A stretch of DNA of 64,000 nt from Sphaerodactylus townsendi (taxonomy: Eukaryota). This document shows positions 37,479 through 48,000 of the stretch, one piece after another. The DNA is taken from positions 25,854,001 through 25,918,000 of the forward strand of contig NC_059438.1 of assembly GCF_021028975.2 (NCBI RefSeq), written 5' to 3'. The notes under the pieces are model-generated. The model ran no database searches. It was not told where the DNA came from and was given only the letters and a program-made list of their open reading frames with translations. Position numbers and translations under genes: made by a program. The first letter of the stretch is position 1. Each line of letters starts with the position of its first letter.

Positions 37479-38415
37479 GTCAGGCGGGAGGGGGGCTGGG
37501 CCTTGTTTTCAGAAGCTGGCTTTTCACTCCCCCCAGGGCAGCTCCACGTACAGTCTGAACACAAAAGCATAGAAACGCCGCAGCTGCCAGGAGGGGGAAA
37601 CTCTGGGCAGGTTGACTCTGGCCGTCTTCTTCAGGACAGAAACAGCTTCGTGGGCTTTCACCTTTCCACAAACATGTTTAGAAGGCAGTTTACACAACAC
37701 TTCCGACTAAGCTCCAAACATCTGGTGGAAGAATGCTTGCCCACCTGCGACTGCCAAGAGATCAGGAGGACCCCGTGTGGACTCCTCAGGACCCTATTTT
37801 GTCACTCTGGAGTAACCACAAAGAAGGCCCTTCTCCTGGCTTCCCTGAAGGGGGTGGGGGTGGGGAGGGCCTCATGGGTGGCTTAAACCTTTAAGGGATG
37901 TTATGGCATCAGGTGCATGGCTCCAGATTGGGTCCAGACCAGAAATGAAAGCAGACACGGGTATTCTTTACTGCCAGCAGTTTCTGAACCATCTTCAAGG
38001 GCAGCACCACGCAGAGTGCATTATCGTAGTCTAATGTGGGTGGGACGTCAGGGCATGAATGAGAGTGGCGAGATGGCCGCAAGGTGAACCTCTCCCAAGA
38101 GGCAGTCCAGGCTTGGGCCGCTGCCCCCCCTCAAAAATGCAAGCGCCCTCTTGGGTCCAGGAGTGCCCCCCGCCTGTGAAGGAAAGTGGGATCCACGCAA
38201 CAGCAGGCGTTTCTTCAGCCAGCCAGCCAGACAACAAAGACCCCTCATTTTGCTGGCTTGTCCGCCTTGAGCTTGTGCTTACTCACCTGGCCCAATCACG
38301 CCCCCCCCCCCCCCCCGCCCCGTTCCAGGAGGGCTGTCGTGGGTTGAAGGAAGCGCCCCCGGGGCCTGGCTCTGACATTGCCCCACCGCGAGCACTTCTC
38401 TCTCTCCCTCCTCAG

Positions 38416-38616
38416 ACGTATCAGTGTCCGTACTGCAAGTACAGCAACACGGACGTGAACAGGCTGCGGGTCCACGCCATGACGCAGCACTCGGTGCAGC
38501 CCCTGCTGCGATGCCCCCTCTGCCAGGACATGCTGAGCAACAAGATCCACCTGCAGCTGCACCTCGCCCACCTGCACAGCGTCTCCCCCGACTGCGTCGA
38601 GAAGCTCATTTTGACG
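38416..38616 (+). CDS. ZFHX3: ZFHX3 coding exon (equivalent to exon 7), two C2H2 zinc fingers
   Basis: tctctccctcctcAG acceptor and ACG|GTCAGT donor. Translates [67 protein letters not shown]. 201 nt, phase 0 to phase 0. Confidence 0.97.
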
Positions 38617-40457
38617 GTCAGTTCCGAAATGTGGGCGAGGGCGGGGAGGAGCGGCCTTTGCCCTGACGCGGCCTTTTCTTCTCCACTTGAGCGTGTTTTT
38701 AACACTTATTTGCAAAGAATTCCTGGCCATCTTGTGCCTCCCTCTTTTCCTCCTCCTGTCAAAAGCCAGAGAATGAGGGCTTCTGGGCAGGGAACCCCCC
38801 CCCCCCGGGTCAATGGCTGGGTTCTAGAGCAGCAGAGACCCTGGTGGTGCCCAGAACAATCACAAGGGAGGTTGCCGAAGCAGGAGCTGCCCCCAGCCAC
38901 TGCCTGGGCAGCAGGGCCTTCTGGGGTCCGTGGGCCAGGTCTCACTGACTGTGGGAAAGGTGCCCGCTCATCACACCTGCTCATCAGATGCATTTGGGGA
39001 ACCGGCTGGGTGGAATCTGTCTGTTGCCATGGTGATGCCTCTTTGCCAGTGTACTCTGTGGGCCACAGCTGGTTCCTGTGAACCCAAATCGTGGTCTGTG
39101 ATGGGTGTGTGGGTTAAAGAGGATGCTGCATCTGGGCCCTGAGGGCAGGGGGCCCAGCACGGCACAGGAGGCCCAAGGGCCGCTTCCCACCCTTGAGGAC
39201 TGCACTGCTTTGGCAGGGTGGTTGTCAGGAGAGGCAGCAGCAGACCCTCAGGTGCCCTGCAAGGGCCATGCTCAGAAAGCCCTCCCTCCCTCGCCCGCCC
39301 GTGCCTGTTCCCTTCCCCCATTGTCTGCATCTCCCTTCTTGCTGTCATTCCACTCCTCCCTTCCCTCCCCCCCCCCCAATTCCCCATCTCGGATGAAGGT
39401 AATGAAAATCATCGGCCTTCATTAATTCCGAGCCCTGCGAGATGATAGCCCTTTGGAGCCATGTTTGCCAATTAGACGGTCTAAATTAGAAGTGACCTTG
39501 GTACTGTGCCATCGCTTTACCTCTCTGGGCCTAATGAAGCTTTTCTCTCCGGCACACGCAGTGCGCAGCGCACGCGCCCCCCCCCCCCCCCCCCCCGCCT
39601 TTGTAATGGAAATGGCCTCCTTTGTCTGGCTCCGGATCCTTCTCTTCCCCGTGGCACGGACAGGGAAGATGTTAATGTGTCTCCTCAGACTCCTCGCCTT
39701 GAAGGTTTCATTTCGGACCAATTAGATTTCAGCTATCTGGGGAGGGGGGAGGGGGCGGTGCGTGAGGAAGGGGCAGCCAAGAGGTCTGGTGGAAGCAGGA
39801 AGTGAAAGGGCCTCTGTGCTTGGGGGGGGGGCTTTGGACCAAAGGTTGCTCCCCAATGAGGGGGGTTATCTGGGGGCAAAGGGAACAAAAGCCCTCGGCT
39901 GCTGCAGGCTGGCCAATCAGGGCCACTTTGGTTCCTTGACTCTGGGAAGTTAATCTTTGGGCCCTGACTTGTTCTGGAGAGAGCTTCCAGATTTAGCAGG
40001 ACCCTTTCCCCACCCCCCCGCCCCCGAGGAACCCACCATCCAGCGTCTACTTTTTTGCAGCTGCAGTTCTGGGGGCAGCTGATCTGGGACCTGGCTGGAC
40101 TGTCTGTCCCCGAGGAGAGCGGCTCCCTGCTTTGGCTGCCCAGCTCTTTGGGCTGCCTGCCTGCCTGCTGCCCATCCCCACTGGCGACGTTTTGAGAAAA
40201 GGGATCAGCAAAGTCCGCCTCCTCCGGAAGGAAGGGAGGGTGGACAGACAGAGGGACGGACGGATGGACGGACCTGTTGCTTTGGAGCTGCAGATTGAGA
40301 TGCAGAGAAGCCCGTGAGGCTGATGATTATATTTCAGGGAGAGTTAATTGACGGGAGGTGAAGGAAGGCAAACTCTGGCTGCTTTCTGCCTTCCTGAATC
40401 TCAATCAGAAATTATGATTAAAGACACGGCAAGACAGCCGCCGCCTGATGAATTGCG

Positions 40458-40460
<3 letters not shown>

Positions 40461-40494
<34 letters not shown>
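40461..40494 (+). repeat. (TG)17 microsatellite
   Basis: Read directly; embedded in an AT-rich island. Confidence 0.95.
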
Positions 40495-40496
<2 letters not shown>

Positions 40497-42879
40497 GCCG
40501 TCATTCACACTTGATTGACTTCAACCTTTCAAGTGCAAAAAGCTTCTCTTTCCATTATTATTCGTAGCTATCTGAGTTTTTCTAATTAAAGTGTATGAAA
40601 AACAATTACGGGAGCCATGGCCAGGAATCTGTTTGGGGATGGACGCCGCCCTGGACTTCTGGGGAGAGACCATGCAGTGTTTGTCAGAAGGTGCAACCCA
40701 GGGGTTAGATAACGTTGTTTTCTTTCTGCACTCTTGTTTCCTTTTTTAAAAATCTTTCTTGTGGTTTGTTTTTATTACTTCTGCAGAGGCCAATCAAATG
40801 GTTGCCCTCCTGACTGGTCGTGAGAGGGGCCCTTTCTCCTCCCCACTCTCTGAGAGGCAATATGGAGTGGAGGCGGAAAGGACTGGGGGCCCCTCCCGGC
40901 TCCACCCCCTCCTAACGTGGGCTTCTCTTCTAGGCCTCCCTTGAAAAGACCCTTCAGAGTGTAGATCGCTCCGTGCCCCCGTCCCGTCCTTTTCGGGGGT
41001 CTGTGCCCTTGTCCTCTCTAGGGCCTCTGTGAATGCCTTGCCTTGCCCTGGCTGCTGAGAAGCAGAGCAGGATCCGTTTCCACCCAGTGTCCTGTTTTGG
41101 GCAGAAGCAAACTAGATTCCTGTGGAAAACGTACAAGCAGCACATGAAAGATTGTCGGGCTCTGTTGCTCAGAGCCGCACGGCCTCCACTCGGCTCCACT
41201 CATCTCACAGCCATTTGGAGCAATCTGCCACGATTTGGGACAGGCTATCCCAGCTGGTGGTCCTCCGCGCACTGTGTGAAGAAATGCTGTCCTATGTCAG
41301 TGCTGAGCCCGTGGCCACCCTATGCCATGTTCTGTGGGAGACTCTGCTCTCTCCCCACTCCACTCCTCGGTCGCCCTATCAGGAGTCCCTCCTAGCGGCT
41401 GCTTTTCCCTCACACTAAAGGTCCCTCAAGGCTCCCATGCTGGGAACGTGTGGTTTGCCCCTTTCTGTCCCTTTCCCTGCTTCATGGTGTCCCTTGGGTG
41501 CCAAGGCCGGAATTTCCGGTGAGGCCTTCCCATGCGCTGTGTAGAATGGGGCAACAAGGGGTTGTTGAAACCCTTGGATCAGATGTCCGCCTGGAGAACT
41601 GGCTCTTCGGGCTGCTTTGGCCTGCTTTGTGGTGAGCAAGATTTCCATCCACACCAAAGGCCTGTTTGCTTTTGTCTCCCGGTTCCCCTCGCCCCACGCT
41701 CAGGGCTGCTCCCCCTCGCTTCGCTGTGCTCCTTGAATGAGGGAGACCGCTTGTCTGGACCCTCAGGCAGCACTTCCTGGGTGTTCTTAAGCTGCCCCTC
41801 CCTCCCCCTCCCCAGACACCCCCTCGCCCAAGAGCTCCAGCTGGCATTCACGGCTCTCTCTCTTCCTCATTTCATATTTACAACAACCCTTTGAGTTGGG
41901 TTATACCACAAGTCAGCTTTATGGTGGCAGGTCCTGCTTTCACACACAAACACACCCCACACACACACCCCTCGTGGCTCCTCTCCCCATCTCTGTGTCT
42001 CTCTCTCTCCCTCTCAAAATGGTTATTGGCTGGCTCTGGCCATCCTCCTCCAGCACTTCTGGCGGGCCCTTTCTGTCCTCTGTGTTGGGTGACCGGATGC
42101 TTTCCTGTGCCAAGGTGTGCTCAAGTCATGGCATAGAAACTAGGATTCTTTGCATGGGAGCACCTGGTCCCAGAGCTGAGCAGATGTCAGCTCCCTCAAG
42201 GATGCTTGGGAACTATTTCAAGTGAGGCCTAGAAAGAGGGCATCCCTGAAGTCAAGGAAGGTGCCACAAAGTCTAAAAGGATACCTGCATGGCTGAGGGC
42301 CCAGTCCAGAGGGATGAGGGGAAATGGCTTGTGGGAGTGGTGCAGGGCCGTACCAGCGTGTTTGCCCACTCCACCTACGTCGGCAGAGAGAGCAGAGGTA
42401 CCAGCAGGTGGATGCCACACAGCTCCACAGCCCTCAGACCTGGACAGGCTGCTGCTCAGAAGTTGCACATTGCGTGGTAGAGCAGGCCAGCCCAGTGGGG
42501 GTGAGCCGGAGGCATTCCCAGGGGAGGAGCCAGCTTCCGGCCCAGGAATGCCCCCGACCATGGCTGCAGACGGATGCCACCAGAAAGAGTGTTAAGCCTA
42601 GGGGCTGCTTGGGCGGCAGCAGCATTTCTCAATCTCCCTCCCTTCTGTGTCACCAGAAACTCCTTTGGAGGCAGGGCAGATTCACCGTGCCTCCTCCCCC
42701 CCCCCCCCTCGCTGCTGCAGGGGCCACACACACACACATCTCCATCAATCTGGATTCAGCTGCCCATCAAAGAAGCCACAAAAGGAAAGAGAGAGGTTTT
42801 TTCAATTAAAAAAAGAGCGGAGGGGTTTCCTGAAAGGGATGAGCAGTCAGGAGCACAGATCCTGGCCAAACAAATTTAA

Positions 42880-43850
42880 GTTGGCCATCAGGAAAGCAGA
42901 AATAGAAACATTACGACAAACAATAAGCATTTCTTCAAATATATCAATAGCAGTGGTGGCGAACCTATGGAACTCCAGATGTTCATGGACTACAGTTCCC
43001 ATCAACCCCTGCCAGCATGGCCAATTGTAGTCCGTGAACATCTGGAGTGCCATAGGTTCGCCATCATGGAGCTAGAGAGACAGTTGGGCCATTAGATACC
43101 AAAAGAATGAAAGAATAGCTTTAAAAAGATGGGGAAAATGACTTGTTTGCATCCATTTTCACTGTACAACATGTAGGGCACAGATTCACTTCGGAGCAGC
43201 TGTTTTGGGGAAAGGTTGTCTGAAGAATTGAGTCAAACTGGGACAACAAGAGGAGGTTCTGAGTCCACATGAGGGAAACTGAAGAGGAGCAAATCTGCAG
43301 CTCCAGATGGCTGACATCTGATGCTCCTTGAGAAACTCCGTTGTGAAATTGTTGACCTACTAACAAGCATATGTAATTTATCACTAAAATATGGACTTTA
43401 TGACTGGGAAGTAGCAAATACCACCACGGTTTTTATCAGGGGTCCAGAAAGGATCCAGGGGATTATGGAGCAGACGTCCCATCATCTGTTGTGGGTAAAT
43501 CAGAAGAAACTGCATTAGGGCTTTCTGCTGTGAAATTTACACTGTCATTGGAGTACCTGTTATTTATGACTTGAACCCAGATTGGGAAATGTTTTTATAA
43601 CCTGTGGTTTTAATTGTGTTTTTATATGTTGCAAGCTGCCCTGAGGTCAGGGGAAGGGGAAGGGTGGTATAGAAATGTAATAAACAATAAAAATAAAATG
43701 ATAATAATGTTACAGATAGAATTTGTAAGCACAATGAGGAACAAAACCTGCTGAGGGAAAGTCAGCATGGCCTCTGCCAAGGGAAGTCCTGCTTCACTAA
43801 CTTCCTGACGTTCTTTAGGCGAGTTAATAAGCTTGGGGACGAGGGCGGCC
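42880..43850 (+). mobile_element. Old CR1 ORF2 fragments with nested insertions
   Basis: NNKHFFKYI-like and VGPLD-like motifs, tttgcatccattttcact, EKLRCEIVDLLTSICNLSL, DWEVAN, and cagcatggcctctgccaagggaagtcctgcttcactaac. Confidence 0.7.
42951..43069. mobile_element. Palindromic hAT MITE related to 18061-18208, internally deleted
   Basis: Arms GGCGAACCTATGG..CTCCAGATGTTCA / TGAACATCTGGAG..CCATAGGTTCGCC; shares the CAGCATGGCCAATT core. Confidence 0.85.
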
Positions 43851-44220
43851 ACAGAGCGGTAGAGTTGGAAGGGGCCTTAAAGGCCATCTAGCCCAGCCCC
43901 CCCGCTCATCCACTACCATGAACGTCCTCAGCTGCGTAAGGTGGTCTTTCAGCTCTCCTGTTGAATTGGTGGCACAAGAACCTCTGGACAAAACGTTGTC
44001 AGTGGTCAGCCTCTGATCGGAGGGCCAAGAAGAAATCTTGTTAACAGAACCGCTGGCGTGTCTGCTGGTGTTGGGAAGAGCAGAAGCCCTCCTGACCGAA
44101 TTGAGCTTTGCCCAGTAGAGGCCGGTCTGCAGAGAGGGCTGGAGCTGGGATGTTCTGCCGCCAGCTGAAATGTTTCAACCTGTCTCTGTGTCTCCCTTCT
44201 TCTCTCCTGGCCGCCCACAG

Positions 44221-44323
44221 GTGACGTCGCCGGAGGTGATGATGCCCAGCACCATGTTCCTCCCAGCAGCCCCCCCAGACAGAGATGGGAACGCCAGTGC
44301 AGAGGAGGCGGCCCGGCAGCCCG
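44221..44323 (+). CDS. ZFHX3: ZFHX3 coding exon (equivalent to exon 8)
   Basis: cccacAG acceptor and G|GTCAGT donor. Translates [34 protein letters not shown]. 103 nt, phase 0 to phase 1. Confidence 0.95.
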
Positions 44324-45075
44324 GTCAGTCCCCTGAGGGTCAACTGGGGGCAGGGAGGGCCCATCAGGAGCGCTGGGCATTCTGGCACTTGAGCCTCTTT
44401 GGGGAGGGCTGAGCACAGGCCTCCGTGTGCCGGGAGGGGCCCTGTGGCGTGAAGGCCGTTGCTCTCCAGCCACAGCAGGTGGGCAGCCCCCGCCCTCTGC
44501 TGCTGGCCTAAGCAGCCTTGTCTCTCTCCACACCGCCCCTGCAGCCCTTGATGCCAAGGGATGGCGCCAGAGAGGACCCCTCGGCAGGCGTTTGGGGGTG
44601 TAAGCTGGGAGGCAATTGGGAGCATCACCCTGCCTCCACCATTCTCCGTCAGAAGGGCTCGTTCCATGCCTGAATAATTGGGGGGGGGGGGGGGGCTCTC
44701 CCACAATCTTTTTCTCCCGCCCACTCTCCACAGTTATGTGGTCTGAACAGCAGTAGAGCCGGTGTGTTACAAAGTGCAGTGCTCATTCCTAGGGCCAAAC
44801 AGAAGTGGGCCACCAGGTGTGTTGGGAGGCTGGGGAGAATGGAAGGTGATGGTGGGCCCCATAAACAGGGAGAGAGGGAGGGCTGGGAGCCAGGGGAGGG
44901 GCAGAAGGAAGCCTGTTTCCTACTCCCGATCTAGCTGTCAGTCACTTGACATGGAGTTAACCTCTGGGTGTGTTGGAGAGTAGCCGGGGTAGGATTCCAG
45001 GGGTGAACCTCGAGTGCCTAACCCGAAGCGAGACTGAGTGCCCGATGCCCCCCTTCTCTTTCTCCATCTCCACAG

Positions 45076-48000
45076 AGCCCCCCGCAGACCCAGGGAAAGG
45101 CTTCCAGCCTTCGAATAACCCGGAGCCTGGGGGAGAACCGAAGGCTGTCCCGACGGACCAGGCCTCTGCCCGAGAGGACGGCGGGTTCCTCTGCTGGAAG
45201 AAAGGCTGCAGCCAAGGATTCAAGAGCTCCACTGCTCTCCAGGCACATTTCAGTGAGGCGCACACCAAGCGGCCACAGCTGCCTGTCTCTGACCGGCACG
45301 TGTACAAGTACCGCTGCAATCAGTGCAGCCTGGCCTTTAAGACCATCGAGAAGCTCCAGCTGCACTCCCAGTACCACGTGATCCGGGCAGCCACCATGTG
45401 CTGCCTTTGCCAGCGCAGCTTCCGCACTTTCCAGGCCCTCCAGAAACACCTGGAGACGAGTCACCTGGAGCTGAGTGAAGCCGACATTCAGCAGCTGTAC
45501 AGCGGGCTCCTAATCAACGGAGACCTCCTGGCCACGGGCGACCCCTCCCTGGCTGAAGAGCAGACCCTCATTGGGGAGGAAGACAAGGAAGAGGACAGCG
45601 ACTCGGAGGACAAGCAGAGCCCCACGGGGAGCGACTCCGGGTCGCTGCAGGAGGACTCTGGCGCCGAACCAAAGCGGGCTCTCCCATTCCGGAAGGGCCC
45701 AAACTTCACCATGGAGAAGTTCCTGGACCCGTCCCGTCCGTATAAGTGCACAGTCTGCAAGGAGTCCTTCACACAGAAGAACATTCTTTTGGTCCACTAC
45801 AACTCTGTGTCTCACCTGCACAAGCTGAAGCGAGCCCTCCAGGAGTCCACGACGGGCCAGCAAGAGTCCACCGCCAGCCCAGACAACAAGCCCTTCAAAT
45901 GCAACACGTGCAGCGTGGCCTACAGCCAGAGCTCCACCCTGGAGATCCACATGAGGTCCGTCTTGCACCAGACCAAAGCACGAGCGGCCAAGCTAGAAGC
46001 TGCTAGTGGTGGCAACGGAGCCGGCGGTGGCAGCAGCAGTGTCTCCTTGGGGCCCTCCACGCCCAGCCCTGTCAGCACCACCCATACCCCCACCACCGGC
46101 ACCACCCCTGCCAGCACAGCTCCTGTCCCCAACCTCCTCAGCCAGGGCTCCTGCGAGAACGTGGGGGGCCCTCCTCTTCACACACCCCTCAGCACTGGCA
46201 GCACACCAGCCTCCGCTCCCGGCCCTTCGGAGCCCAAAGAGGTCAACCGCAAGAAACTGGCTGACATGATCGCCTCCCGCCAGCAGCAGCAGGCGCACGC
46301 ATTGGCGCAGGTGCAGGCCCAAGCGCAGGCCCAGCTCCAGCAAGAGCTGCAGCAGCAGGCCGCCTTCCTGCAGTCGCAGCTCTTCAACCCGGCCCTCCTG
46401 CCGCACTTCCCGATGACCACGGAGACCCTCCTGCAGCTCCAGCAGCAGCAGCCCCAGCCCCACCTGCTCTTCCCCTTCTACATCCCCAGCGCAGAGTTCC
46501 AACTGACCCCGGAGGTGACTCTTCCCGTGACCAGCGGCACCCTGACGCTGACGGGGGCGGGGCCCAGCCTCTTGGATGACTTGAAGGTGCAGCTCCCCCA
46601 GCCCAACCACCCCCAGCCGCTGCCCCACGGCGTCCTCTTGCAGCCCAGCCAGCTGCCGGACAAGAAGGCCAAGCCCGCCACGGTCAAGGAGAAGGACGGC
46701 CAGAGGGAGCCGGAGATCTACGAGAAAGGGGACGGCACCCCCGCCTCCCAGGAGCCCCCGCCCAACCCCCCCAAGCCCAGAGACAAGCCTGACTTTGGAG
46801 CCGCGGGGCCGGCAGAGCCGATGTTACTCCCCCCGCGCATTGCGTCTGACGCACGTGGGAATGCCACGAAAGCCTTGCTGGAAAACTTTGGCTTTGAGCT
46901 GGTCATTCAGTACAATGAGAACAAACAGAAGGTGCAGAAGAAGGCGGGGAAGCCCGAGGAAGGGGGCGGGCTGGAGAAGCTGGAGTGCTGCTCCTGCGGC
47001 AAGCTCTTCTCCAACATCCTCATCCTGAAGAGCCACCAAGAGCACGTCCATCAGCACTACGTCCCCTTCAAGCAGCTGCAGAAATTTGCCCAGCAGTACC
47101 GTGAGCACTCACTCTAATAAGCTGTACCCTATCTGCGGCCTCAGGACTCCTCGGAGCCAGCTTCAGCCTCCTCCTCTCCCAAGCCTCCTGCCCCCCCACA
47201 GCAGCCTCCCACCCCGGTGGCTGTGCCTGCTGCCGCCCCACCCGTCTCCTCTCCCTCTGTTGCTCCATCTCAGCCGTCTTTGCCCCTCACGCAGCTCTCC
47301 ATGCCGATGGAGCTGCCCATCTTCTCCCCCCTCATGATGCAGACGATGCCCCTGCAGACCCTGCCCGCCCAGCTGCCGCCCCAGCTCGGCCCCGTCGACC
47401 CCTTGCCTTCAGACCTGGCTCAGCTCTACCAGCACCAGCTGAACCCAGGCCTTCTGCAGCAGCAGCAGCAGCCGCAAAGCAAGAGGCCGCGCACCCGCAT
47501 CACCGACGACCAGCTGCACGTCCTGAGGCAGTACTTCGACATCAACAACTCCCCCAGCGAGGAGCAGGTCAAGGAGATGGCGGACAAGTCGGGCCTGCCC
47601 CAGAAGGTGATCAAGCACTGGTTCCGGAACACGCTGTTCAAGGAGCGCCAGCGGAACAAGGACTCTCCCTACAACTTCAGCAACCCTCCCATCACCAGCC
47701 TGGAGGACCTGAAGGTGGACCCCCAGCCCCCCTCCCCGGAGCCCCAGAGGCACGAGTACTGGGGCAGCAAGCGCTCTTCCAGAACTCGCTTCACGGACTA
47801 CCAGCTGCGGGTCCTGCAGGATTTCTTCGATGCCAACGCCTACCCGAAGGACGACGAGTTTGAGCAGCTGTCCAACCTGCTGAACCTCCCGACCCGCGTG
47901 ATCGTGGTGTGGTTCCAGAACGCCCGCCAGAAGGCCCGGAAGAACTACGAGAACCAGGGGGAGGGCAAGGAGGGGGAGCGGCGGGAGCTCTCCAACGACC

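Noticed and set aside
47115-47120. Programmed stop readthrough or ribosomal frameshifting
   Set aside because: Two consecutive TAA codons are a poor readthrough context. Recoding would need two compensating shifts within about 25 nt, and there is no slippery heptamer.
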